A DNA stretch of 64,000 nucleotides from Candidatus Moraniibacteriota bacterium (lineage in GTDB: Bacteria > Patescibacteriota > Minisyncoccia > Moranbacterales > UBA1568): the NCBI GenBank assembly GCA_049287005.1, contig JBAQEZ010000003.1:31493-95492 (forward strand), given 5' to 3'. Made by a program: the position numbers and the translations under genes. The notes beneath the pieces are model-generated. The model ran no database searches. It had not been told where the DNA came from and worked only from the letters and a program-made list of their open reading frames with translations. This document shows, in pieces, positions 18,357 to 28,024 of this stretch. Numbering within the stretch: position 1 is the stretch's first letter; the number at the start of each line of letters is the position of its first letter.

Positions 18357-19322
18357 TCAGAACTTCCAAATAAACAGATCAAGTGCCACGTGCGGATCCA
18401 TACCGCCTTGCTTGAGCGTCGTATCGAGATCGGCAAGCATCACCAGTCCTTGCTTGATACGGGTGGTCGAAAAGTTACTGATGGTGCCGAGCATTTTTTG
18501 CACGACAAATGGTGGCAATTTGGTCCGTGCCGCGATATCGGCTGCGCGAAGCGTTCCGGTATCGAACACTTCTCTTACTTGGAGCAAGCGTCGCACCTGC
18601 CACGCGCACATCGAAAGGAGAGGGTAGGCGCCTTCCGGACCAGAAGCCTCACGATGGAAAAGAAAGAGGGCCTTTCTTTTATCCCCTCGTCCCAACGCAT
18701 CCAAGGCTTCGAAAATAACGTTTTCTGAAAGACCGCTGACCAGCAACGCTACATCGGCTGCTTCAAAAATACCTTCCGGTTTGAAAGCAGAAAGTTTCTG
18801 CAGTTCTGTCCGAATACGCGCCGTATCGGCGCCAATGGAGGAGCCAAACAGCTGGAGCGCTTCCCGGGAAAAACTCGCTCCCGTATCGATCGAAGCCAGT
18901 TCTCGCTTGATATAGGCTCCCATATTTTTTTCTTCCGGTTTTTCCAAGAGCTCTTCTTTGTCAGCCTGTTTCGTGAGGAGTCGCGCCAGCGGATGCGTTT
19001 TTTTTATTTTCCCCGGGTGAACGAACAGCAGTGTCATTCCGTCCTCATCTTTCTTCACGAATGCTTCGAGAAAATCCAGGAGGGGCTTTTCAGCTGCTTC
19101 TCCGAGCGCGAACGGATGGAGAAAAACGACCATCTTCCGCGAAGCGAATAGCCCCCCTTTGCACGCGGCAAGGCTTCGCTTGACATCATCGAGCGTTCCC
19201 TGATCTTCAAAATCAAAGATAAAAAGCTCCCCTTGGGGATACTTATGCATGAAGGCTTTTTGCAAAACACCCCGCCGCTCATTCACCAGGAAACTGTCTC
19301 CGCCATGCAGGAATATGATCAT
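18357..19322 (-). CDS. holA: DNA polymerase III delta subunit (HolA)
   Basis: N-terminus MIIFLHGGDSFLV..., 321 aa, an alpha-helical C-terminal domain with the delta-subunit pattern ...LFIWKF. Confidence 0.7.
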   Translation of the reverse strand: MIIFLHGGDSFLVNERRGVLQKAFMHKYPQGELFIFDFEDQGTLDDVKRSLAACKGGLFASRKMVVFLHPFALGEAAEKPLLDFLEAFVKKDEDGMTLLFVHPGKIKKTHPLARLLTKQADKEELLEKPEEKNMGAYIKRELASIDTGASFSREALQLFGSSIGADTARIRTELQKLSAFKPEGIFEAADVALLVSGLSENVIFEALDALGRGDKRKALFLFHREASGPEGAYPLLSMCAWQVRRLLQVREVFDTGTLRAADIAARTKLPPFVVQKMLGTISNFSTTRIKQGLVMLADLDTTLKQGGMDPHVALDLFIWKF

Positions 19323-19438
19323 AAAAACAGCTTATAGGGAATAGCTTGTAGCTTATTAGAATACCCTCAGTATAGCAAGAAACAGGCAAAAATGCCTGTC
19401 TTTTGTATCTTGGTGCTTGGTTATTGGAATTTGCAATC

Positions 19439-20572
19439 TTATTGCTGAGGTTCCCACTTCAGTGTCTGCCCAGGCTCGAGTACTTCTACCCACATCTGTC
19501 CCGGGACAAAAGCCACCTCATTGCCGGATTCATCGAAAAAGGTGAGTTTGCTCGCGATATTCGATTTATCCTTTTTCCAGGTGCCGCGATATTGCTGTCC
19601 GTTCATATAATAGAAGGCGTCGCCGCTATCGGTTTGGTCATACCACGGATCACCGAGCTGCACGTTGTTGTACTGTCCTTCGATCTGATCGGATTGTGCC
19701 ATCAGGACAATGACGTTTTTAGGAGCGACCCGGTTTTTGGTGTTGCGATCGGTATCAGGAACATTTCCCCATGTGCGTAAATAACTATTGGTCTCACGGT
19801 CATAATCATATTCGGCCGCGAATGGGCCGGCAAAAGCGACCCGCAAATGTCCGCCCTGCAAACGACTCTCGAGCGGCGTTTCCGCTGCATGCTTGTATCC
19901 GGAAAATTTATTTTCCAGACCGTATCCGAATTCCTTGGCGCAGGTGAGGAGATCTGCCGGATGACTATAGCCGCTATCGACTCCGCGTGCCATGCCCTCT
20001 TTCCGAAAACACGGGTTCGTACTGCAGGCGTTGGCTGATTTGCCGGCGTCCCCATTGCAATTGATATTCTCTATCTCCCCGCGATCGAGGATGCCCTTGG
20101 CGAGTCCGACGGGATCGGTGCCTGAATGCGATTCCGAGCGTCCCCAAGAAACGAAAATAGCATCCAATCCCTTGGCCAGGTCGATGAAATCATGCCGCGC
20201 ACTGCGCATTGATCCCACCTCCGAGGGCGTATTGCAGATATAGACCGCCATCAAGCGGGTCACGCTGGCGGTAATGACCGGCATTTCGATCACCATGTCC
20301 GCTTCGGAGAAACCGGCAGCTGGACGCGCCGTCACATCGCCAGGCTGCATAATCGCCAATGGACGACGGTTCCAGTTGTCGCAAGGCAAACCGGAGATCG
20401 GACTGACGTTCCCATCGTTGAGCGGTCCGGTCGAGACGGTTGTCGGAGACTGGTTTTTGTTATTGAGCTCGATCGGCTTGCGCGCTACTTTTTCTCCGAA
20501 GATGAGATAGCTTCCGATCCCTACCAAGACGATGGCTGCCAGAGCGACAATGATTTTTTTTCTTTTTTCCAT
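19439..20572 (-). CDS. DUF3048 domain-containing secreted/membrane-anchored protein
   Basis: Start taken at MEKRKK followed by a TM anchor. RRPLAIMQPGDVTARPAAGFSEADMVIEMPV...VGSMRSARHDFIDLA resembles DUF3048 (YerB-like). Confidence 0.55.
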   Translation of the reverse strand: MEKRKKIIVALAAIVLVGIGSYLIFGEKVARKPIELNNKNQSPTTVSTGPLNDGNVSPISGLPCDNWNRRPLAIMQPGDVTARPAAGFSEADMVIEMPVITASVTRLMAVYICNTPSEVGSMRSARHDFIDLAKGLDAIFVSWGRSESHSGTDPVGLAKGILDRGEIENINCNGDAGKSANACSTNPCFRKEGMARGVDSGYSHPADLLTCAKEFGYGLENKFSGYKHAAETPLESRLQGGHLRVAFAGPFAAEYDYDRETNSYLRTWGNVPDTDRNTKNRVAPKNVIVLMAQSDQIEGQYNNVQLGDPWYDQTDSGDAFYYMNGQQYRGTWKKDKSNIASKLTFFDESGNEVAFVPGQMWVEVLEPGQTLKWEPQQ

Positions 20573-20613
20573 AACGCAATTTCCATTAAAAAATATTTCT
20601 GACATCTACGCTG

Positions 20614-21465
20614 TCACCGCTGACAGCGCGGGCAATAAAAAGCGCTGCGCTGTCCGATTTTTTCACGCAGTATTATTGTACCACATTTTTTGCAGGATTC
20701 TCCTGTACGCCCATACACGAAGAGTGTCCGCTGAAAGCGCCCCTCCAAACCATCCGTGTCACGAAAATCGCCATCGCTCGTCCCGCGCAGTTTCACCGCC
20801 GTGTGCAGAACCTTTTTGATGGCAGGCAGCATTTTCTCCCATTCGTTTTTCGTCAGTGTTGTGATGCGCCGCGTCGGCAGAACTCCGGCGAGAAACAAGG
20901 CTTCGCTCCGATAGATATTGCCGATCCCGGCCATCACCTGTTGTTCCAAAAGAACCGCGCCGATCGGGCGCTTCTTTTTCCTTGCCAGCAGAGCCTGAAA
21001 ACGTTGGCGCGTCAGCTGCGGCGAGAGCGCGTCGATGCCGAGCGTCGCGATACTAGGGAGCGTTTCGACAGCTCCCGTCTGAATGGCTCTCAGCCAGCCG
21101 AATTTGCGCATATCAGAAAACTCGAGCGTCGTACTATCAGAAAAAGTGAGTATGTGATGGATATAGCCATTTTTCAAGTCCTCCGTGAACGCCTTGCTCC
21201 CTCGGTTCTCTTCCGTCTTGTATAAAAAATGTCCCGTCATCTTGAGGTGGGCGACGATCGAATGCCCGTTATCAAGATCGATGACGATATGCTTGCCGAA
21301 GCGTCGCGTGCCCAGCACGCGCGCGCTCCTGATCTGCTTCGCGAATACCGCAAACGAAGGAAGGATATTCTTTCTCCAGTCGCTCCAAAAACCTTTGATT
21401 GTCTTGCCGACGATTTTCCGCTCCAATTGCGTTACCACCGTCTGCACTTCCGGGAGTTCTGGCAT
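20614..21465 (-). CDS. mutM: Formamidopyrimidine-DNA glycosylase (Fpg/MutM)
   Basis: MPELPEVQTVV N-terminal catalytic Pro, an H2TH domain and a C-terminal zinc finger CKKCGT...CPRCQR. Confidence 0.9.
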   Translation of the reverse strand: MPELPEVQTVVTQLERKIVGKTIKGFWSDWRKNILPSFAVFAKQIRSARVLGTRRFGKHIVIDLDNGHSIVAHLKMTGHFLYKTEENRGSKAFTEDLKNGYIHHILTFSDSTTLEFSDMRKFGWLRAIQTGAVETLPSIATLGIDALSPQLTRQRFQALLARKKKRPIGAVLLEQQVMAGIGNIYRSEALFLAGVLPTRRITTLTKNEWEKMLPAIKKVLHTAVKLRGTSDGDFRDTDGLEGRFQRTLFVYGRTGESCKKCGTIILREKIGQRSAFYCPRCQR

Positions 21466-21558
21466 AAAATGGCTTTCTTAAAGCAATAAATATTATTATC
21501 TCTTGACAAAATGAATAAAATATATTATCCTATAATCCCAAAACTTGGAGCCGTTATC

Positions 21559-21771
21559 ATGTCACCGGAAGAGTTGGTAGAAATTCTCCGAAGGAGAGTT
21601 TCCGAGTTCGGCGAAAAGCCAGCGTATATGCTTTTCCCGGAAGAACTTTCTCTCGGAAAGCAGCATTCCCTTTTCTTACTTCAAGCGCCAGAAGACCGCG
21701 GTGATGGAACCCTCATCACAAAGGCGGTTTTCGAAGGAAAAAATTTCCTCTGCGTCGTAAGAAAGGACTGA
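21559..21771 (+). CDS. Small hypothetical protein (70 aa) on its own transcription unit
   Basis: The ATG at 21559 has GGAG 8 nt upstream. Upstream AT-rich promoter-like elements (TTGACA 21503-08, TATAAT 21531-36) have a non-canonical 22-nt spacing. A strong intrinsic terminator follows immediately. The longer track ORF from 21511 would start inside the promoter. Confidence 0.4.
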   Translation: MSPEELVEILRRRVSEFGEKPAYMLFPEELSLGKQHSLFLLQAPEDRGDGTLITKAVFEGKNFLCVVRKD

Positions 21772-21786
21772 AAAACATGCGCGCCT

Positions 21787-21821
21787 TGCGGCTACGATAA
21801 TGTAGCCGTTTTTTCTTTTTT
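21787..21821 (+). terminator. Intrinsic terminator after the small 21559-21771 gene
   Basis: GCGGCTAC-GATAAT-GTAGCCG followed by TTTTTTCTTTTTTT. Confidence 0.65.
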
Positions 21822-21829
21822 TCCCTCTG

Positions 21830-22207
21830 CTACTTCTGCACATATTGTTCTCTGCCGCTTACGAGATGGGCAAGATTTGCCACTCGTTTCAAGTCTTCTG
21901 GATTTCTCTTGCCAGCGGCAGCGTGGTCAAGCCCAAACACCATAATACAAAGCTGGTTGTGCAGTTGCCTTCTTCTTGATTGGCTTTCCCGCACGTCAGT
22001 CTCTCTGCTGGTCGTTTCAAGATGGACTTCTTTGGAGTACTCCTTGCAAACATCCCATAAGCGCGCATATGCCGCTGTTCCTGCCTGGGGAAATTCTATA
22101 TTCTTCAGCCCCGCATCTACCGCGAAGTCCCGGAGCATATCTATGTTCTCCGCCGCCACGGACTCTTTCCCGCCTGACGCCAACATCGGGTGTTCTAACC
22201 TATTCAT
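21830..22207 (-). CDS. Hypothetical protein (125 aa) immediately downstream of polA
   Basis: ORF with a 9-nt gap after the polA stop. No recognisable family motif. Confidence 0.4.
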   Translation of the reverse strand: MNRLEHPMLASGGKESVAAENIDMLRDFAVDAGLKNIEFPQAGTAAYARLWDVCKEYSKEVHLETTSRETDVRESQSRRRQLHNQLCIMVFGLDHAAAGKRNPEDLKRVANLAHLVSGREQYVQK

Positions 22208-22215
22208 AATTTTTT

Positions 22216-24831
22216 TTAAATTTCTCCCCAGTTTTTGCCTGTCAGCACTGCTGCAGTCAAAGGAACCCGGAGCGGATAAGCTTTTTCCATCACTTGTTTT
22301 ATCTCCTCTGCGAACGCCGCCACCCGTTTTTCTCTCACTTCGAAAATGAGCTCATCGTGCACCTGTAGCACCATCCTGGCATCTGCACCGTATTTTTCTA
22401 CGAGATCGTCCGCGGCCAGCATCGCGAGCTTCATGATGTCCGCCGCCAAACCCTGAATCGGCATATTGATGGCCATGCGTTCCGCAGCATGCGCTACCTG
22501 GACGTTGCCGCTTCCGATTTCCGGCGTATACCGGCGGCGTCCCAGCTCGGTTTCCACATAGCCCTTTTCGCGAGCACCTTCTTTCATTCCTTCTATGAAT
22601 TTCGCGACGCCGGAAAATTTCTTGAAGTAAGCGGCGATGAACTCTGCCGCGATCTTCTGATCGATCTGCGCCGCTTGCGCCAATCCATACGCTCCCATGC
22701 CGTACATGATGCCGAAATTGAACACCTTGGCCTGACGCCGCATGTCGGATGTCACCTCTTCCGGTTTGACTTTGAAAACGACAGCGGCCGTCCGGGCGTG
22801 AACATCTTCCTTGTTCTCAAAAGCGGCTGTCAGCGCCCGATCACCGCTCAGATGAGCCATCACCCGCAGTTCGATCTGAGAGTAATCCGCCCCCACGAAA
22901 AGATACCCCTCCGATGCTTCAAAGGCGCTCCGCACCCGCTCCCCCCACGTGTTGCGGGCGGGGATATTCTGCAGATTCGGATCAGACGAAGAAAGTCTCC
23001 CTGTAGCCGCCACCGCCTGATGAAACGTCGTATGGAGACGGGAATCCTTATCAACCAAAAGCGGCAACGCATCAAGATAGGTCGTCTTCAATTTGAACAA
23101 CTCACGATAACTCTCGATTTTTGCCACGATCGGGTAGGCCTGCAGTTTTTGTAACTCTGCTGCCGCCGTCGAGATGCCTGTCTTCGTCTTCTTGATATTC
23201 GTGGTAGGAATTTTCAGGTCTTGAAAAAGAATCTCAGCAAGCTGCTTGGGCGAGTTGATATTGAATTCGCGGCCGGCCAATGCGTAGATATCTTTCTCCA
23301 AAGTCATCAGCTCCTCTTTCAGTCTGTCCGATAATGTTTTGAACTTTTCCGTATTGAGCAAAATGCCATTCATCTCCACTGCGAACAGCGCCGACAAAAG
23401 CGGCATCTCGATGTTTTCAAACACTCCGCGGAGCGTTCTCTCTTTTGTCTGAGTCTTGCTCACCTCGTCTATACGCTCTCCATATATTTCATGAAGGACT
23501 ATGAGCTTTTGCGCCGGAAACACACTCTCTTCTTCGCCACATTCTTCCAAGATGAGATAGGTGAAGTCGACATTGCCGCCAGAATTGAGGAGATACGCCG
23601 CAAGCATCACATCGAACGCAATACCCCGCATATCGATCCCTTCTTTTTCGAAAAGATGCATCAAACTCTTTCCGTCGTACACGATCTTTTTTCTTGTCTC
23701 GTCTTCCAGGAACGCTTTGAGAAACTTCTTCGTCCCTTCGTTCCAAATAATACTCGCTTCTTCATCTTTTGCGATCGCTATATGCACGCTTTCGATGCCC
23801 GCCCCGAACAGTGTCCCTTCCGATTGTTTTACATACACGGCTATTTCGTGAACGTCTCCAAAAAAATTTTCCAGTCCTGCCTTCGTGTCCAACTTTTTTA
23901 TTTTTATTTTCTTCTCTTTCGCACACGCCTCCGTAGCCTGGGCGGCGGAAGGAGCTTCTTCGGATCCAGATAGCCGCTTGATTAGGCTGAAAAATCCCAG
24001 TTCCTGAAAGAGTCCCGTTACGGTGTTGCGATCAAAGTCCTTGCTCACACACGCCTCCAAGTCCAGCGCGACTGGTGCCGCGGTATCGATGGTGCCGAGT
24101 TCTTTCGAAAGAAAAGCCCTCTCTTTATCGGGCTCCAGTTTTTTCCGTACGGATTCTTTTACCTCAGACAGGTGCTCATAGATATTTTCCAACGTCCCGA
24201 ATTCTTGGAGTAAATCCGTGGCAGTCTTGGCGCCGACACCCGTCACGCCAGGAATATTGTCCGATGCATCGCCGGCCAACCCTTTGTAATCCGGAAGTTG
24301 CGCCGCCGTAAATCCGTATTTTTCCATCACCGCCTGCTCATCATACAGGACGACATCCTTGATGCCCTTCCGCAGCATAAAGACTTTCACTTGCGGTGTC
24401 ACGAGCTGTAAAGCATCACTGTCCCCTGTCACGATAATCACTGCCACGCCTTCACGCTCCGCCTGACGAGCCAGCGTTCCCACGCAATCATCCGCCTCAA
24501 ACCCTTCTTTCTCATAGATAGGAATATTGAAGGCCCGCGTCATTTCCTTGACCCGTTCAATCTGCGCGTAGAGATCCTCCGGAGCCTTCACCCGTGTCGC
24601 CTTATAGGCTTCAAACTTGTCGTGCCGAAACGTCTTGCCCGCCAAATCGAAAGAAGCCGCGATATATTCCGGCTTGAATTTATCCAAAACAGAAAGCAGC
24701 GTCAGCGTAAACCCATACACCGCATTCACCAGCTCCCCTTTCTTCGACGTCAAAGGCGGCAAAGCATGATACGCCCGATGTATAAGCGCATTTCCGTCGA
24801 GTAACACCAAGGTTTTTTTCTTTTCAGTCAT
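22216..24831 (-). CDS. polA: DNA polymerase I
   Basis: N-terminal 5'-3' exonuclease (LVLLDGNALIHRAYHAL...), a central domain and C-terminal polymerase motifs (RRQAKVFNFGIMYGMGAYGLA, QVHDELIFE); 871 aa. Confidence 0.95.
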   Translation of the reverse strand: MTEKKKTLVLLDGNALIHRAYHALPPLTSKKGELVNAVYGFTLTLLSVLDKFKPEYIAASFDLAGKTFRHDKFEAYKATRVKAPEDLYAQIERVKEMTRAFNIPIYEKEGFEADDCVGTLARQAEREGVAVIIVTGDSDALQLVTPQVKVFMLRKGIKDVVLYDEQAVMEKYGFTAAQLPDYKGLAGDASDNIPGVTGVGAKTATDLLQEFGTLENIYEHLSEVKESVRKKLEPDKERAFLSKELGTIDTAAPVALDLEACVSKDFDRNTVTGLFQELGFFSLIKRLSGSEEAPSAAQATEACAKEKKIKIKKLDTKAGLENFFGDVHEIAVYVKQSEGTLFGAGIESVHIAIAKDEEASIIWNEGTKKFLKAFLEDETRKKIVYDGKSLMHLFEKEGIDMRGIAFDVMLAAYLLNSGGNVDFTYLILEECGEEESVFPAQKLIVLHEIYGERIDEVSKTQTKERTLRGVFENIEMPLLSALFAVEMNGILLNTEKFKTLSDRLKEELMTLEKDIYALAGREFNINSPKQLAEILFQDLKIPTTNIKKTKTGISTAAAELQKLQAYPIVAKIESYRELFKLKTTYLDALPLLVDKDSRLHTTFHQAVAATGRLSSSDPNLQNIPARNTWGERVRSAFEASEGYLFVGADYSQIELRVMAHLSGDRALTAAFENKEDVHARTAAVVFKVKPEEVTSDMRRQAKVFNFGIMYGMGAYGLAQAAQIDQKIAAEFIAAYFKKFSGVAKFIEGMKEGAREKGYVETELGRRRYTPEIGSGNVQVAHAAERMAINMPIQGLAADIMKLAMLAADDLVEKYGADARMVLQVHDELIFEVREKRVAAFAEEIKQVMEKAYPLRVPLTAAVLTGKNWGEI

Positions 24832-24882
24832 GGCTTCAGTATACTCCGGCTCTAAGGAAAGGTAAAAAGGTTCAAACCCCTC

Positions 24883-25326
24883 TTATCCCTCCGAAGCTAC
24901 GAGTATCTCCCGCTCGTTTTCGCTCAAATTCTTGAAAGTTATTTCTATCCTCTCCGGGGGAAGAAGCGCCGCGACGCGCTCAGGCCATTCGAGAATGACG
25001 ACGCCTTTTTTGTCCGCACACCACTCGGCGAATCCCAGGGCTGCAAAATCCTGCGCCTCGACACGGTAAGCGTCGACATGATAAATGCGCTCAATGCCGC
25101 GTTCGGATGGGAGGGCGAGATCGTACTGCTTCATGATGACAAAGGTCGGACTGACATAGGGACGCTCCGCCCCCAATCCTTCCAAAAACCCTTGGGTGAA
25201 CGTCGTCTTGCCCGCACCCAAATTCCCCGTGAGACACAAAAACGTTCCCGGCGCCATGGTTTGTGCCATTTTTTTCCCCAGGCTTCTCGTTTCCTCAGCC
25301 GATTTTGTCGTATAACTATTGTTCAT
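24883..25326 (-). CDS. tsaE: tRNA threonylcarbamoyladenosine biosynthesis protein TsaE
   Basis: SAEETRSLGKKMA...LCLTGNLGAGKTTFTQG P-loop; start taken at MNNSYTT. Confidence 0.8.
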   Translation of the reverse strand: MNNSYTTKSAEETRSLGKKMAQTMAPGTFLCLTGNLGAGKTTFTQGFLEGLGAERPYVSPTFVIMKQYDLALPSERGIERIYHVDAYRVEAQDFAALGFAEWCADKKGVVILEWPERVAALLPPERIEITFKNLSENEREILVASEG

Positions 25327-25442
25327 GCGTATGCTTGAGAGAGAGGTATCGTACACATTCTCTATACCATACATTCCAGATCCGAAGCCAGAGGTGACGC
25401 ATCAAGAAAAATGGGCGCTCCGTGCGTCTGTCATTCTCGAGG

Positions 25443-25470
25443 TTGACTTTCCTATTTTTTTCGTGTATAC
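25443..25470 (+). promoter_or_regulatory. Sigma70-like promoter (TTGACT-16 nt-TATACT) reading into a ~100-nt non-coding stretch that ends at an AT-rich perfect palindrome
   Basis: -35 TTGACT at 25443-48 and -10 TATACT at 25465-70 with a 16-nt spacer. No convincing ORF lies downstream before the palindrome at 25547-25580. Confidence 0.35.
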
Positions 25471-25546
25471 TCATATGGTATCCGGGTGAGGGAAAATCAA
25501 AAATTACATAGCTGATATTTTCTTAGGTCTGCGATCTGGAGCAGGT

Positions 25547-25580
25547 AAAAAATATTTTATTCTTGAATAAAATATTTTTT
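25547..25580. repeat. Perfect 16-bp inverted repeat with a 2-nt spacer (AAAAAATATTTTATTC TT GAATAAAATATTTTTT) followed by a T-run
   Basis: Read directly from the sequence. It could act as an AU-rich hairpin terminator or an operator. Confidence 0.5.
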
Positions 25581-25946
25581 TTATTTCTCAATTGCTCACG
25601 GGTGAACTCATTTACGGCATAGTGGCGCCGCAAAAGAGTGAAAACCCAAGGGCCGCAGAGAAAGAGTTCCAAATCCGAACAACGATGCCTGTTATTTATT
25701 CTTAAAATAAAACCCGCCATGACACGATTCGAAATGATCAAAAAGTTAGAATATCTGATCGCATTCCAATCAGACTGCCTGTGCAACGGAGATTGGGAGG
25801 TTTTTGATCGTCTCGAAGACAGCATCAAAAGATTGGAGTTGCGTCTCCTACAGTCCTTTGCGGACTAAACACCGCCATTCGACCACTTGCCTTTTCTGGT
25901 GCTTCAGAACATAATACTGTGTTCCTTAACAAATGAAGGGAGAGCC

Positions 25947-26360
25947 ATGAGGCATGAAGCTATCGATGAAACCAGAGCGGCTATCGCTGTTATCCTGTCT
26001 GTCCTGGAGCACGCCGTGCAAGGTACTCCGAGAGTATCAGCGGAAGGGCCGGCTGCGTTCGTGTGCTTTCGCAACTTCTGCGCTGTACGGTTGTATCCCC
26101 TGAATTTTCAGGACGACATCTATGGCGCTATCGGGCTGGCACTTCTCAACACGAAGTACGAAAGGAAAAGAGGGAACCTTATCCGAGACATCAACGCGTT
26201 CCTGCGGCTCAAACGCAGGCGCGTGGCAATGGTTCCGGAATTCATACAAGTTTTCTCGCAGGCAAAAAAAGAAATGGCGCTCCTCAAACGTTTCTCTCGA
26301 AACGCCGCTCCCCTCAATACCGAAAACCTACCAGCGGCATTCGCCTCGCTGCGTCTTTAA
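25947..26360 (+). CDS. Hypothetical protein (137 aa), orphan gene with its own RBS and terminator
   Basis: The ATG at 25947 has AAGGGAG 6 nt upstream. No family motif recognised. A strong terminator follows. Confidence 0.5.
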   Translation: MRHEAIDETRAAIAVILSVLEHAVQGTPRVSAEGPAAFVCFRNFCAVRLYPLNFQDDIYGAIGLALLNTKYERKRGNLIRDINAFLRLKRRRVAMVPEFIQVFSQAKKEMALLKRFSRNAAPLNTENLPAAFASLRL

Positions 26361-26373
26361 TGTCGCCCCTGTC

Positions 26374-26403
26374 GAAGCAGCCCACCCGCTGCTTCTTTTT
26401 TTT
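26374..26403 (+). terminator. Strong intrinsic terminator (GAAGCAGC-CCACCC-GCTGCTTC followed by T9)
   Basis: Perfect 8-bp GC-rich stem followed by TTTTTTTTT. Confidence 0.75.
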
Positions 26404-26627
26404 ACGCGCAACCGGATACGATTTGACCCCACGCTGACCGTAGATAACGTCTTTGGCACGAACGGAACCGCCCCCTGAACTCACCGCGTCTTGAAGGCGT
26501 ATGCTCTTCTCCGTGCCCAGAACAGCCTTTCTTATCTTTTGCCTCAAGTGAGCGCTGGGTTTGACATCCGGGCTCTTCTCTGCTACTTTTGACTATCTGT
26601 CTTGCGAATTATGTTAAATTGTGATTT

Positions 26628-27803
26628 TTGATTTTTTCATTTCTCTTTATGTCCCTCACCCTTTCCCAACAATTCCAAGACCTCCTGAAAAAAACGGCTG
26701 CTCCGCTGATTATTCTTCCTTCGTATCCCAGCCGCGATGCTCTGGCGAGCGCTTTCGCCTTGGCGCTCTTTCTCAAAAATACAGGGAAGGCCGTAACGCT
26801 GGCCAGCGAACATATCGATGCCGATAAGGAGGCGCTGGCTTTCCTGCCGCAGCCGGAAAACATCATCACCTCTATCGCCGGGGCGCGCGATTTCGTTCTC
26901 GCTTTCAATACATCGCGTAATAAAATACTCAGCGTGCGCACAGAAAACGTCGAGGATGAAGTCCGTATCTATCTCACTCCGGAAAATGGCTCCATCGATC
27001 CCCGAGATTTCTCTTTCATCCCGGCAAAGTTCAAATTCGATCTGGCCATTGTCATCGGCGCGCCAGACAAAGAATCCTTAGGAAAAATCTATGAGGACAA
27101 TCCGGATATTTTTTATGAAATTCCGATCATCAACATCGATAACCATCCGGAGAACGAACTGTTCGGGCAAATCAATCTCGTCGATATCACTTCCTCTTCC
27201 GCTGCCGAAATTCTCGCCGAAACGCTCGAGAACGCTGATGTAAAATTTTTCACGGAGGCCGTCAGCGAAAGCTTGCTGACCGGGATCATCGCTGCCACGG
27301 ATAGCTTCCAGAAGCGTAATACCACTCCCAAGGCGCTCAAGCTCGCCTCACACCTGATGGATAAAGGCGCGGACCAGCAAAAGATTGTCCGTTCCCTCTA
27401 CAAAACCCAGCCTCTCCATCTCCTCAAGCTCTGGGGGCGAGTGATGGCACAAGTGAAATGGAACGAGGAGCTGAAGTTGATCTGGGCAGTTGTCACCATC
27501 GAAGACCTCGTCCAGGCGCGGGCTCGCGTCGAAGATTTGCCGCAAGTACTCGAGAAAATCAAAAGCAATTACTCCTCCGCCCGCATCTACATGATTCTGC
27601 ATTTGGAAACAAACACTCTCGTGCGCGGTGTCGTGAAGGCGCATGCGAGCGAGGCGCTTGTCTCTTTTTCCGAACGCTTCAAAGAAGGAACTCTCCATGG
27701 CGACACGTTTTCGTTCGCCATCCCTGCAAGTACCCCGGAAGAGGCGGAGCGCGTCGTCATCAGTCGCCTCCAGAATATCCTCCCCCCCGCGGAGGCCCTC
27801 TAA
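26628..27803 (+). CDS. DHH-family phosphoesterase with DHHA1 domain (NrnA-like oligoribonuclease / pAp phosphatase)
   Basis: DHH motif region IINIDNHPEN, Asp-rich motifs, and the C-terminal DHHA1-like region; 391 aa. Confidence 0.75.
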   Translation: MIFSFLFMSLTLSQQFQDLLKKTAAPLIILPSYPSRDALASAFALALFLKNTGKAVTLASEHIDADKEALAFLPQPENIITSIAGARDFVLAFNTSRNKILSVRTENVEDEVRIYLTPENGSIDPRDFSFIPAKFKFDLAIVIGAPDKESLGKIYEDNPDIFYEIPIINIDNHPENELFGQINLVDITSSSAAEILAETLENADVKFFTEAVSESLLTGIIAATDSFQKRNTTPKALKLASHLMDKGADQQKIVRSLYKTQPLHLLKLWGRVMAQVKWNEELKLIWAVVTIEDLVQARARVEDLPQVLEKIKSNYSSARIYMILHLETNTLVRGVVKAHASEALVSFSERFKEGTLHGDTFSFAIPASTPEEAERVVISRLQNILPPAEAL

Positions 27804-28024
27804 AAAATACCGGTTCTCCTTGTCTCATCTCGCTTTTCGCGAGAGAATTTTTTTGCGCTTCCCGTCTCCGTCACCATAATGCTCATGGATCAGGTTCCAT
27901 GCCCCTCGTTTCTGAATGCCGCTTCATACATATCGGCAGCCGATCGAGAAGCGGATATCATGGTGCGAGGCAAACTTTTGAGGTACAATAGAGGCGAACC
28001 GTCCCCAAACACAAAACAAATCCT

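Noticed and set aside
22489-23154. 221-aa plus-strand ORF, and other ORFs of 60-160 aa within 22216-24831
   Set aside because: Antisense to or out of frame with polA.
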